Below are positions 47,563-57,773 of a stretch of 64,000 nt of DNA, piece by piece; position 1 is the first letter of the stretch; the number at the start of each line of letters is the position of its first letter. Below the pieces are notes generated by a model, which did no database searches, had not been told where the DNA came from, and worked only from the letters and a program-made list of their open reading frames with translations. This DNA is from Bacteroidota bacterium (GTDB lineage Bacteria > Bacteroidota > Ignavibacteria > Ignavibacteriales > Melioribacteraceae). Position numbers and translations under genes: made by a program. The stretch covers positions 12,488-76,487 of the forward strand of contig JAKAEE010000008.1 of assembly GCA_021820065.1 (NCBI GenBank). Reading direction: 5' to 3'.

Positions 47563-50500
47563 TGATTCCTTTCCAAAGCGAAATGACACTTTGAACAATG
47601 ATTGAGATTCGGTTCAAATTTATTTGAATGAATGTTCCGGATTGAAAGCGTTAATTCCTTTCCGAATGATTTCAGCTCATCACGCAAAATTTCTTTTGCA
47701 GCAACCTGATCTACTTGTTTTAGGAAAATTAATCTAAGCTCAAACCGGTTGTATTCCTTGTAAAGCTTCGACAAAATATAAGCATAAAATTTCAGCTGAG
47801 GTAAATAGTCACTCATTCGACTTGCCAACTGCTGCGGCGTAATATTATCTGTTTTGTAATCGACGATGGTCAACCGATCTCTTTCAATTATCAGTTTGTC
47901 AATTATTCCGTAGAGATAGTGATCTCCTTCTTCGCAGTAAATCTCAAATTCATTTCGGTAATTTTTGTGAGGAAGAATCGATCTGTAAGTTTCGGAATCA
48001 TAGTACCGAACGATGTCGTCACGAACCGAGAGCAAAAGTTTATCGCGATCTGATTCCTCGACGGAAATTTCGGCTGTTAATTTCCTTTTAAAAAATTCTG
48101 TGAGATCATTCTCATTCAATTCTTCTTTTAACGCTTGATGAATCAATTTCCCGCGAAGCTGTGCGTACGGTTTCAACTCCTCGTCTTCGTTGGAGTTGAA
48201 TTCGTATTCATTGATCTCTTCCTTCATCAATTTGTAGATCGTTGAATATCCCAACTCGTAAGTAAACTGATACTTTACCGGGCACTGCGAGTACATCGAT
48301 ATTTTTGTTGCCGAAATTATTTCCTTCTTCGGAACGTCGGATATCTTCGAAGTTATGATTACGGGTTTTTTCTTTTGATTGACGACCAGATTTTCTTTTG
48401 CCGGAAGATCGACCATTTTGTTTGCAACCGGAACAAAAAGTGAAATACGCTTGGAATAAAAATCGTATTTCTCTCCGGTGAGTTTCATAAACTCGACATT
48501 GCCGTTAATTGGAATTGTACCGGGTTTCAATTCACTGTCCAATCCTTCCGCAAATAAATCCATGAACGAGCCGGGTTTTATTTTCTCATTCTTTATCGAA
48601 CCTGATATAAAAAGATTTTCCTTCGCTCGTGTAGCGGCGACGTACAAAAGCCTTTTGGTTTCCGCCGAATTTTTTCTTTGAATTATATAGTTGTACAAAA
48701 GAACAATTGGCGCAGCGGAATATTTGTTGAAGTAGTTTTGATCGAGCGGCACTTTTGTTAGAATGCCGAAGTTCTTATCGAAGCTTATTGACTTTGCCCT
48801 TGCGCTGTCTTCCATTGCTTTCTCGTTGCAGCCGAACAGAAAAACATTTTTGAACTCCAATCCTTTGGCTTGGTGAACGGTCAATATTTTAACCGTGTTC
48901 TCGTCATGAACGACTTGCGCTTGTCCCTCTTCTTCATATCCCTCGATTGATTCGCGAAGGAAAATCGTAAAGTCGTATAAATTTTTGAAACTCTTCTTCG
49001 AAAAATTCCGCGCAAGAGAAAGCAGTTTTTCTATGTTGGCAATTTCTTGCGTTGAATTTCTTTTTGCAGCCGAAACAGACCAGTACCCGCTCTCAATCAA
49101 AATCTTTCTGATGAGAGCGTACACATCACCTCCTAAAGCCGCGTTAAAGTTGGATTCAAGAGCTCTGCAGATATCAGCCAGAGTTTTAATCTTGCCGGAA
49201 GCGTTGTTCAGTTTTTCATAAAACGTTTTCCCCTCTTCACGCGAGATCAGGTACAATTGCAAATCGGAAACATTGAAGAACGATGAACGAAGTATTCCTG
49301 TCAGCGCCGTATCGTTGTCTTTGTTGAGAAGGAACGAGAGGTAATTGTAAATGTCATAAATTGCTTGGCGTTGGAAAAATCCTTTCCCGCCTATTATAGA
49401 ATATGGAATTCCATGCTGGACAAATGATTTTTCCAGTTCGGCAAATGAGTCGCGTTTGCGGCACAGCACCGCAACGTCTTGAAACTTGTTTGGAGAGTGT
49501 TCATCGCCGGAGACGATTTGAAGAATTTTGTTTGCGACCAATTCGCTTTCAGGAATTTCATTATCCAGCGCGATAAGTATTTCAACACTTCCTTTTTCAG
49601 TTTCATCTTTGGAACAGATCAAATCGCTGTGAGCAACTTCATTAAAAAAAGGATTGGCGTTCTTAAACAAATTTTTGAAAAGATGATTTGTGAATAGAAC
49701 GAGCGGTGGCGACATCCTGAAACTGTGCGGCAAATTAAGAAGCTGTCCGCCGCCGGCAGTTGCGCTTATTTCATCTTTTGTCTTGTCAAAAATTTCAGGT
49801 TCGGCATTCCTGAACATGTAAATACTTTGCTTCTCATCTCCAACAACAAACAAGTTTCCGCTTTTCAGTCCGTCCAGTATCGGCATAAATATTTCGTACT
49901 GAAGTTCGTTCGTGTCCTGATACTCATCAATCATAATGTAGCGGAATTTTCCCGTCAGATAATTTTTCACTTCCGGAATTTGTATGATCTCCTGAGTAAA
50001 TAACAGAATGTCCTCGAAATCGAGAAAACCTTTTTGTTTTTTCTTTCTAGCGTACATGTCGGCGGTATAACCGAATATTTTGACAAACGATTTTCCGAGT
50101 TGAGCTAATTCTTTTTCTGCTGTCGCCGCATTTCCCATCGCAAAGAAAATACTTATCTCTGAAAAGAATGCTTCGGCAGATTCTATCTCTTCCGCCAAAT
50201 CTTCTCTTTCAAAACTTAAGTAACCGCGGCTGCGAACCTTGCCCTCGGATTTCGTTAGAAACAACCCGGCGATTTCGTTCAGACATTGAATTTTCTCAAG
50301 GGAGGTTTTTTGATCGGAATATTTGTGCAGAAGTGCATGTATATTGATTGCATCTGAATTATCGCCCTTCTTAGCGAGAACTCTTTTGTTTATTAATTCA
50401 ACAACTGACAATCCTTTCTTCAACTCTAATGAAAATATTTCATCAAAAATTTTTTCAAAGGTGCTACGGAAAAATCCGGCAATTTCTTTTTCAGTTTGAT

Positions 50501-51077
50501 TATAGAGCTCATTCTTCAGCCGCGAAATGATACGTCTATGCTGAATTGATTTTTCGAGCTCGGCAGATAAAATTCTTTTCGAACCGAAGAAACGCATTAA
50601 GTATTTCAGTTCATCTTTGTAATCGTTGCGTTCAATTAAACCGCCGATTGTTTCTTCGATGCTGAGTTGTATCAACTCGTCTGATGTAGGACGGTCGATC
50701 GGGACAAAATTCGCATCGATCCCGGCTTCGGGCGCAAATTCTTTGAGAACGTTTATACAAAATGAATGAATGGTAGAAATGTTTGCAGAAACCAATTGGC
50801 GGCGGAACGACTCAAGCCGTTTTCTTTTTTCCGGATTTGCTTCTTCTATAATCCGTTCTTCAATTTCGCCAGCGATTTTTTTGTTCAGTTCTCCGGCGGC
50901 TTTATCTGTGAACGTAATCGCGACAACGGAATTCAAATCAACATCTTCATCAAGAATAATTTCTACAAAACGTTTTGATAAGACAAAAGTTTTGCCGGAA
51001 CCGGCGTTTGCTGTTAATGAAATGTGAGTCTTGCGATCTAACGCTTTTACCTGATGCGGAGTTAATTGAGTCATCAT
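47541..51077 (-). CDS. UvrD/AddA-type SF1 helicase fused to a PD-(D/E)XK nuclease with a Cys cluster
   Basis: 1178 aa. Walker A (ANAGSGKT), DEYQDT, C-terminal GIIDKL...IVDYKT nuclease core, and Cys at SQCPVKY plus CSKCHFALERNQC. Confidence 0.85.
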   Translation of the reverse strand: MMTQLTPHQVKALDRKTHISLTANAGSGKTFVLSKRFVEIILDEDVDLNSVVAITFTDKAAGELNKKIAGEIEERIIEEANPEKRKRLESFRRQLVSANISTIHSFCINVLKEFAPEAGIDANFVPIDRPTSDELIQLSIEETIGGLIERNDYKDELKYLMRFFGSKRILSAELEKSIQHRRIISRLKNELYNQTEKEIAGFFRSTFEKIFDEIFSLELKKGLSVVELINKRVLAKKGDNSDAINIHALLHKYSDQKTSLEKIQCLNEIAGLFLTKSEGKVRSRGYLSFEREDLAEEIESAEAFFSEISIFFAMGNAATAEKELAQLGKSFVKIFGYTADMYARKKKQKGFLDFEDILLFTQEIIQIPEVKNYLTGKFRYIMIDEYQDTNELQYEIFMPILDGLKSGNLFVVGDEKQSIYMFRNAEPEIFDKTKDEISATAGGGQLLNLPHSFRMSPPLVLFTNHLFKNLFKNANPFFNEVAHSDLICSKDETEKGSVEILIALDNEIPESELVANKILQIVSGDEHSPNKFQDVAVLCRKRDSFAELEKSFVQHGIPYSIIGGKGFFQRQAIYDIYNYLSFLLNKDNDTALTGILRSSFFNVSDLQLYLISREEGKTFYEKLNNASGKIKTLADICRALESNFNAALGGDVYALIRKILIESGYWSVSAAKRNSTQEIANIEKLLSLARNFSKKSFKNLYDFTIFLRESIEGYEEEGQAQVVHDENTVKILTVHQAKGLEFKNVFLFGCNEKAMEDSARAKSISFDKNFGILTKVPLDQNYFNKYSAAPIVLLYNYIIQRKNSAETKRLLYVAATRAKENLFISGSIKNEKIKPGSFMDLFAEGLDSELKPGTIPINGNVEFMKLTGEKYDFYSKRISLFVPVANKMVDLPAKENLVVNQKKKPVIITSKISDVPKKEIISATKISMYSQCPVKYQFTYELGYSTIYKLMKEEINEYEFNSNEDEELKPYAQLRGKLIHQALKEELNENDLTEFFKRKLTAEISVEESDRDKLLLSVRDDIVRYYDSETYRSILPHKNYRNEFEIYCEEGDHYLYGIIDKLIIERDRLTIVDYKTDNITPQQLASRMSDYLPQLKFYAYILSKLYKEYNRFELRLIFLKQVDQVAAKEILRDELKSFGKELTLSIRNIHSNKFEPNLNHCSKCHFALERNQCIKNFS

Positions 51078-54000
51078 TCCGCCAACGGAAAAGTTAATTG
51101 AAACGCAGTGCCTTCTTTCGAGGATTTTTCAATTTGGATTGTGCCGCCGATGCTTTCGATGAAACGTTTCGCTAAACTCAACCCTAAACCCATTCCTCCG
51201 GTTTTTGTTGTGAAACTGTCGTCGAATACTTTTTCGATGTTTTCTCGATCTATGCCCACGCCGTCATCTTCAATGTTTATTTTGCAATCGTTTTCTTCCT
51301 TTGCGATCGTCACCGATATTTTCTGCGCCTCAGCTTGAATTGAGTTTCTGATCATATTTACAAGTGTGCGTTTTAACTGATCCTGATCAGCATTAATATA
51401 CACAACGGTTTCCGAAGCAGAAAAGTTTATCGTTTTGTTTTCGTTTGAAAACAAGTTGAGAACTTCACTGATTGAAGCAACTATGTTCACTCTTTCAATA
51501 TTCAATCTCGGCATGCGCGCAAAATTGGAAAACTCGGAAGCGATGTTTTTCAAGATTTCTATTTGAGCCGCGACAGTTTCGGTAACTTTTTCAAAGATCG
51601 AATCGAACTTTGGCGATTTATCTTTGTACGCGGCAATAAGCTGCTGAATAGAAAGTTTCATCGGCGTAAGAGGATTTTTTATTTCATGCGCAACTTGTTT
51701 TGCCATTTCCTTCCATGCTGCTTCGCGTTCAAACTGCGCGATGTCCGTTTGACTCTGTTTAATTCTGTTCACCATCTGGTTGAATCCATCCACCAAGTCG
51801 CTGATCTCGCTTTTTGTTTGGTAACTTATCTCAACGTTTAAGTCGCCGTTGCTAATAGATTTTGTTGCAGCTGTTAATTTTCTCACCGGTAGAGAAATCT
51901 GCTCGGCAAGTAATGTGCTGAACAAAATCAGAAGTAAAACAGCGAGAGAGAAAATTCCGAATAAGAAAAAATCGAGATCAACATCAGAGAATGGGTAAGA
52001 CACAACATTCATCAGATCGTTAACGCTGATAATATAGTTCGCGCCGTTAATCCCTTCTTTGGTATAGATCGAGTTATACCGAGTTCCGTCAAAATTTTCT
52101 TGTTCAAAAATTTTCTGATACTTGCCGACAACACAATTGCGATAGACATCCGAAGAAAGCGTAATCGGGAATAAACCGGTGTTCACAAAATCATTTTGCG
52201 GACTGTAAATAAGACTTCCGTTTTCATAGACAGAAAAATTTATTCCCAGGTCGTGAGACGCTTTATCAAAAATCGTTACCGGATTCAATGAAGTTTCGTT
52301 GGTGTAGGTGTTTATGTACGTTTCAACCTGACCGGTGAGTTCATTCAGTCTTCTTTGTATCAGCTCGGAATTTTTTTCTTCCGTTAAATTTCTAAAATAG
52401 AACGCAATTACAATCAATGGGATGATTGACACGACGAGAAATGCGCCGATCAATCTTGTACGGAACGAGCGAAGCACTCCGCCTAATTGCCGCAACTTAA
52501 AAGTTAGGAATATGAACAAGATGATCGCAATGATGAGTGTGTGAATAAAAAATATTTTGAAAAAGTTTGAAAGGTTCCAAGAATATTTTTTCAATTCGAG
52601 AGCAATCGCTAAGACTTTATTCCTTCCAGGCGAACTTACTTTTAACGCATACACTAAATTCTCTTCGCCGTTCATCGTCATGTTCAACCAGGCTTCGTTG
52701 TAACTGCTGAAATCGGCGTTCAAAATTGATTTCTGATCTTCATCGGACAACGAAACGTCGCCGAACGAACGGACAAGTTCGTTGTCGTGAAAATCAAAAA
52801 CTCTGAGTTTACTTAAATCCAGCGCGGATGAAATGCCGGATCGCTGCGCAATCAAAAAATCTGGCAAGTACGAAAAGTTGAAATAGTCTTCATCGTAGAT
52901 AGCTGAAACCACCATGTAGCCGATCAAATTATTGCCTTCTTTTAACGGGGACACGCCAACTAAAGTTATTTCGTCTCCGAAGAGATTAGCTTGCTTGAAA
53001 ATTTTGGTGCTGTCGGCAGTTCCTTCTAAGTAATTCTCGAAAGGTTCGGTGTAAAACTCTTTGTTGGTCTGGAAACCGCCGACATATTTTTTTTCTGAAT
53101 TGTAAAACTCAATTGCGGAACGGACGCTTTCGCGGTAGAACAAACTGTTTGTCCAGAGAACAAATGCATCTGGTGAAAGATCTTCCTTCTGATTGAATGC
53201 CTCCAGTATCTCGTCGTTCTGCTGAATTTGCGTCATCGTTTGAAGAACCATAAACTCGACAACATTTTCGTTCGTCCGGGTTAACTCATGTGCGGTGGTC
53301 TTCAAAGATTCACGTTCGATTTCATAGTTGTAATAGCTAAGAAGACTAACTGAGATGAGTGAAGCCGCAAATGCGTAATAAACGAGAAGAATAAAGCGGC
53401 GTCTTCCCGAAAACACTACAAAATATGCAAAGAGAAAAGTAATGGTTATTGTAAGAATTCTAATTAGCGGTGTGCCTTGCGGTTCACTTTGCAATTCATC
53501 AAGGACCCAACCGAAAAATTGAATTAGCAAAAAGATAAATAAGAAAAAACGAATGTTCTTTTTCTTTTCTTCAAATATCTGTTTTGAAAACAGCAGAACT
53601 AAGAGCATCACTAAGAAAAGAACTACAGAGAATGCCAGAATAAGAATATTTAGATCCATCAAGAAAATCGGTGCAGTGGGAATAAGAGAGAAAACTTTGA
53701 AATACCTAATCGTGGAATCGAAGACAACGCTCCTCATGGCTGCGCCAAGTCCGCGAAGAGAAAGCAAGTAAAGAGGTACAACAATCAAAAAGTGTAAAAA
53801 GAAAAATGAGAGTTTGGTTTTGCTTGCGGTGTTCTGTTCTTCCAGGTAAACCAAAGCGTACTTGTATGAGATCAGCAGACCGATCAGCAGAAACGCTACG
53901 GTGATCGTAAATTCCAGCGGCGATCTTACCATTCCGAAAGCAAAGACAGAAGAAAAATTGGAAGCGTCTGTAAGCGAATTATGAACCAGCGCTGCCGGCA

Positions 54001-54901
54001 AACCGAAAATGAAAAGTGCTACACGCAAAATGGAAAGATAGACAACTATTATTATTAGCCGAACAGTTTGGGTTGGAATTTTTTTGAGCGCGGGGTAACC
54101 CCAAACTCCAATAACGAGTAGAATCATAATAGCTAAGATGCCTTGAAAAATAAAAACATTATTCTTGTCATCGTTCAGTTGTGCTTCAAGCGAAGGTTTA
54201 TCGAATGAAGCAACGGCAATTTTATTCCGGTAGTTATTCAAAATGGAAAAAGAATATTTGCGCCCGTCTTTCGATGGCTGCGCTAATGGCGAGTAATCGA
54301 TCGCTACGTCAACGCCGAGCGCGTCCGACAAAGAATCGGCAGTATTTACAATCGCGTTGTTCTCTTCGGAAAGAGTGTAATGCTTATAAACCGCAGTGCT
54401 TGCTATAATTGTGAATTGAATGTTGTTGAGTGTTACAGTATCAGCGATAGTTAAAAAAGTTACTAGTTTGTGTCCGCTGAAAAAAGTTTGATTCAGGTTA
54501 TCTGCTAACTTTGGAATTTCGCGCCCATAAAAAATTATTTCGGAATTCCACGCATACAAGTTTCCGGTGGAGTCGTAAAGTTGAATCGAGTAGTCGCGGA
54601 ATTTTGAGTTAGAGAACAAATCGAATACAGCTTTCAGATCAAAACCATTTTTCTGAAATTTTGAATGAAGAGCATTTTTTAACTGAGAATCGATTTTGCT
54701 CAACTGATTTGATCTTGCATCGAAGATATTCTGGAATGCATCTTCGACAATATCAATTTTATCAATTAATGTTTTATCCCAATTATTTCTTTCGATGTTA
54801 AGCAAAAGCGGTGATAGTAATCCGGAGAGAAACAGTATCAGCAGAAATGATGCGACTAGAAAAATGAATAATTTGTTTCGTTTGGTAATTTTGCTGATCA
54901 T
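51074..54901 (-). CDS. Very large multi-TM sensor histidine kinase (NtrY-type H-box)
   Basis: 1275 aa. About 12 hydrophobic segments separate three large non-cytoplasmic regions. HAMP-like linker, H-box AHEIKNPLTPMKLSIQQL, and HATPase N/G boxes (DDGVGI, GGMGLGLS). Confidence 0.85.
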   Translation of the reverse strand: MISKITKRNKLFIFLVASFLLILFLSGLLSPLLLNIERNNWDKTLIDKIDIVEDAFQNIFDARSNQLSKIDSQLKNALHSKFQKNGFDLKAVFDLFSNSKFRDYSIQLYDSTGNLYAWNSEIIFYGREIPKLADNLNQTFFSGHKLVTFLTIADTVTLNNIQFTIIASTAVYKHYTLSEENNAIVNTADSLSDALGVDVAIDYSPLAQPSKDGRKYSFSILNNYRNKIAVASFDKPSLEAQLNDDKNNVFIFQGILAIMILLVIGVWGYPALKKIPTQTVRLIIIVVYLSILRVALFIFGLPAALVHNSLTDASNFSSVFAFGMVRSPLEFTITVAFLLIGLLISYKYALVYLEEQNTASKTKLSFFFLHFLIVVPLYLLSLRGLGAAMRSVVFDSTIRYFKVFSLIPTAPIFLMDLNILILAFSVVLFLVMLLVLLFSKQIFEEKKKNIRFFLFIFLLIQFFGWVLDELQSEPQGTPLIRILTITITFLFAYFVVFSGRRRFILLVYYAFAASLISVSLLSYYNYEIERESLKTTAHELTRTNENVVEFMVLQTMTQIQQNDEILEAFNQKEDLSPDAFVLWTNSLFYRESVRSAIEFYNSEKKYVGGFQTNKEFYTEPFENYLEGTADSTKIFKQANLFGDEITLVGVSPLKEGNNLIGYMVVSAIYDEDYFNFSYLPDFLIAQRSGISSALDLSKLRVFDFHDNELVRSFGDVSLSDEDQKSILNADFSSYNEAWLNMTMNGEENLVYALKVSSPGRNKVLAIALELKKYSWNLSNFFKIFFIHTLIIAIILFIFLTFKLRQLGGVLRSFRTRLIGAFLVVSIIPLIVIAFYFRNLTEEKNSELIQRRLNELTGQVETYINTYTNETSLNPVTIFDKASHDLGINFSVYENGSLIYSPQNDFVNTGLFPITLSSDVYRNCVVGKYQKIFEQENFDGTRYNSIYTKEGINGANYIISVNDLMNVVSYPFSDVDLDFFLFGIFSLAVLLLILFSTLLAEQISLPVRKLTAATKSISNGDLNVEISYQTKSEISDLVDGFNQMVNRIKQSQTDIAQFEREAAWKEMAKQVAHEIKNPLTPMKLSIQQLIAAYKDKSPKFDSIFEKVTETVAAQIEILKNIASEFSNFARMPRLNIERVNIVASISEVLNLFSNENKTINFSASETVVYINADQDQLKRTLVNMIRNSIQAEAQKISVTIAKEENDCKINIEDDGVGIDRENIEKVFDDSFTTKTGGMGLGLSLAKRFIESIGGTIQIEKSSKEGTAFQLTFPLAE

Positions 54902-54906
54902 TCTAT

Positions 54907-55377
54907 CTAATTGATGGTTATCTGTGAAATGCGCCAGGTATTATCCGCGTACTGCAGAGAAATAAATACCATGGCAAAACCCCTAATTCCTTTGCTGCTG
55001 TATCTAAGAACTCCAGAGGCAAACGGAGTGCTGGAATCCGCCACAATGTTTGTCAGCTTAAATGTAATCGGCTGATAAATACTAAGATAATCTTTAATAA
55101 CATAGTACGATTGGTTGGCGCTGTAATAACCCGTTGAGCCGTTTCGCAGACTGATGTAATTTCTGCCGGCAAAAAAACTTGAGAACTTATCAATCGTTCC
55201 GGAAGAAAGTCCTTCTTCAAATTGCGAAAAGATTTTTACCACTTCTTTATCATTGCGCTCTTGCGATCGTCCGTAGCTCGGGTAAAGCAACAACAATCCC
55301 AAACCGAGAAAGAGAGCGTTCAAGTATTTTCTATTTTTTTGTCCGCACATTGTAATTCGCACCATTGCTTTCGGCAA
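54907..55377 (-). CDS. Small secreted protein (DUF4783-like)
   Basis: 156 aa with an N-terminal hydrophobic signal. The pattern ...GYYSANQSYYVIKDYLSIYQPITF... resembles DUF4783 from memory. 5-nt gap to the kinase gene. Confidence 0.45.
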   Translation of the reverse strand: MPKAMVRITMCGQKNRKYLNALFLGLGLLLLYPSYGRSQERNDKEVVKIFSQFEEGLSSGTIDKFSSFFAGRNYISLRNGSTGYYSANQSYYVIKDYLSIYQPITFKLTNIVADSSTPFASGVLRYSSKGIRGFAMVFISLQYADNTWRISQITIN

Positions 55378-55390
55378 AATAGTTAAAAGA

Positions 55391-55420
55391 AATAAAAAAG
55401 CATACCGCTTGGGTATGCTT
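55391..55420 (-). terminator. Rho-independent terminator after the FN3 lipoprotein gene
   Basis: The minus strand reads AAGCATACC-caagc-GGTATGCTT followed by TTTTTTATTTCTTTT. Confidence 0.7.
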
Positions 55421-55449
55421 TATTAATCAACAGGATAAGGAGCATCGAA

Positions 55450-56295
55450 TTAGTAATTCTTTATTACCCTTGTCGGCATATTCTTGCGGTCAAAAGAAAT
55501 GCTGCCGCGTTTCAATTCTCTATTGCCTTCAACGGTTTGATATGCCCAATCAAAAATCATCCGGTCACTTATAATGCTGCTGATTCTTACTTTCGCATAA
55601 TGGTTATCGTTTGTCCAGATGACGTATGTGTGTCCGACAATTGCTTTAGTGTATTTAATATTGTCGCCAGTCTGCAGCGGAACCCATCCTCCAGTCGGTG
55701 CAGTTGAAACATCATATATGTCGGTTGTTTGTCCCATATCCTGAATTTCGGAATCTTTCCAAACATCTAAGTAATACTGTCCGTTGTAGTTTTCGAAAAA
55801 CATATCCGCACTCGCGTCATTATAAGGAACAACCAAATAATTCTTAAAATTATAACCTGCATTGTTAGGAACTTTATTGTAGTCGAAAATTGCCTGGTTG
55901 AAACCTTCAGGTCGAGGCGTATCATAAATGACATCTTTACTTAAATCGCTTTCATTGCCATTGAAATCAAACGCGGTAACTGCATAGTAGTAAGTCGTTC
56001 CGTTCGATGCGCCGTTATCAATAAAATAAGTATTCTGCGTTGTGCCGATCAGTGTGTACTTTCCGTTGTATGAGTAAGCATAATAAACGTTATAACCGGC
56101 AACATCTCTTTCCGGATTTTTGTCCCAGTAAATATCAACTCGATTATCGCCGGTAACAGTTCTAAGATTTGTCGGCGGCGAAGGCGGGGTTGTGTCGTAT
56201 GAATCATGAAAATGATCGCATCCGGTAAGAATTAATCCGAGAAAAATTATGCTTCCCGTTAAAATTAATCTTAATGTTTTCATCGCGTCCTCCAT
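55450..56295 (-). CDS. Lipoprotein with a fibronectin type III domain
   Basis: 281 aa. LILTGCDH lipobox. PPSPPTNLRTVTGDNRVDIYWDKNPERDVAGYNVYY is FN3-like. Confidence 0.65.
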   Translation of the reverse strand: MEDAMKTLRLILTGSIIFLGLILTGCDHFHDSYDTTPPSPPTNLRTVTGDNRVDIYWDKNPERDVAGYNVYYAYSYNGKYTLIGTTQNTYFIDNGASNGTTYYYAVTAFDFNGNESDLSKDVIYDTPRPEGFNQAIFDYNKVPNNAGYNFKNYLVVPYNDASADMFFENYNGQYYLDVWKDSEIQDMGQTTDIYDVSTAPTGGWVPLQTGDNIKYTKAIVGHTYVIWTNDNHYAKVRISSIISDRMIFDWAYQTVEGNRELKRGSISFDRKNMPTRVIKNY

Positions 56296-56427
56296 AATGT
56301 TCTGCAGATATAATTACAATCATAGTGCCAAAAGTTTTTCCATAGAATCAGCCGGCAAAACTTAGTTTTTGTGCTATTCTATTGTAAATGCTAGACTTGA
56401 TAAAGATAGAGGCAGTGAGAATAGCCA

Positions 56428-56459
56428 TCAGAGCTGTATTGAATTATATACAGCTCTGA
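56428..56459. terminator. Perfect 12-bp hairpin downstream of pyrC
   Basis: tcagagctgtat-tgaattat-atacagctctga. No clear U-tract on either strand. Confidence 0.4.
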
Positions 56460-56469
56460 ATAGTTTAGA

Positions 56470-57759
56470 CTAAATGGTTACAAATTTGTCTTCGTAAAAC
56501 ATCTTGTTATTGTTGATCACGGCAATGGATTTTCCGGTAAGCAGACGTTGATCAAACGGTGAGTTTTTCGATTTCGATTTGAACTTAGAGACATCCACTG
56601 TCCAAATCATGCTTGGATCGATTATGGAAAGATTAGCTTTCTCACCCACTTTTATTTGGGGAACATGAATATTCAGAATCTTTCTTGGATTTATCGCGAA
56701 CTTTTCTACAAGCTGCATAAGAGAAAGAATTTTTTTCTGAACCAGTTCGGTTATCGCTAAACCGACGGAAGTTTCCAGACCAAGAATTCCGTTTGGAGCA
56801 AAAATAAATTCCATTTCTTTTTCCTCAATTGCATGTGGCGCGTGATCGCTTGCTATGCAATCGATAGTTCCGTCTTTCAGTCCTAAGCGGATTGCGTCCA
56901 CATCTTCCTGAGTTCGCAAAGGGGGATTCATTTTATAATTTGTGTCATAAGTTTTTACGGATTCATCCGTTAATGTGAAGTGATGCGGCGTTGCTTCGGC
57001 AGTAACTTTAATTCCCTTCTTTTTCGCTTGTCTAACCAGCTCAACCGAATTTTTCGAACTTATATGTGCTATGTGAACTTTTCCACCAATAAATTCCGCC
57101 ATCATAATATCGCGCATAACAATTATGTCCTCTGCAACATTCGGAATGCCGGCTAATCCGAGGAGCGTTGAGGTATATCCTTCGTTCATCGCTCCATCGG
57201 AAAGCGATTCGTCTTCACAATGTTCGATGATCGGCGTTCCGAAGTTTCGAGAATACTCAAGAGCGTTTCTAAGTATGCCTGCATTTTTAATGACTGTTCC
57301 GTCATCGGAAAACGCAACTGCACCGGCTTCGAACAATTCATACATTGGAGAAAGCGCTTCTCCTTTTCTTCCGAGAGTTGCAGCTGCAATCGGAAAGACA
57401 TCAACAAGATGATCTTTCGATTTTTCTTTTATGAAACGTACCACCTCGGCAGAATCGATATCGGGATTCGTGTTGGGTAAACACGCAACACCGGTAAATC
57501 CGCCGGCAGCCGCGGCATTGCTTCCGGTCTCAACCGTTTCTTCATCTTCTCTTCCCGGCTCGCGAAGATGAACGTGCATGTCAAAAAATCCCGGCGAGCA
57601 AATTTTGTTTTCTAATTCAAGAACTTGCGATGATTTGAAATCGGTCTCCGTCAATCCGCCGATCTTTTTTATCGTTCCGTCTTCAATTAGAAGATCGTTT
57701 TTCTCATCAAGTTTCTGTTCGGGATTTAACAATCGCACTTGTTTCAGAATTATTTTCAT
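56470..57759 (-). CDS. pyrC: Dihydroorotase
   Basis: 429 aa. DMHVHLREPG metal-binding motif and ASDHAPH. Confidence 0.93.
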   Translation of the reverse strand: MKIILKQVRLLNPEQKLDEKNDLLIEDGTIKKIGGLTETDFKSSQVLELENKICSPGFFDMHVHLREPGREDEETVETGSNAAAAGGFTGVACLPNTNPDIDSAEVVRFIKEKSKDHLVDVFPIAAATLGRKGEALSPMYELFEAGAVAFSDDGTVIKNAGILRNALEYSRNFGTPIIEHCEDESLSDGAMNEGYTSTLLGLAGIPNVAEDIIVMRDIMMAEFIGGKVHIAHISSKNSVELVRQAKKKGIKVTAEATPHHFTLTDESVKTYDTNYKMNPPLRTQEDVDAIRLGLKDGTIDCIASDHAPHAIEEKEMEFIFAPNGILGLETSVGLAITELVQKKILSLMQLVEKFAINPRKILNIHVPQIKVGEKANLSIIDPSMIWTVDVSKFKSKSKNSPFDQRLLTGKSIAVINNNKMFYEDKFVTI

Positions 57760-57773
57760 TGATCACCTTTTTA

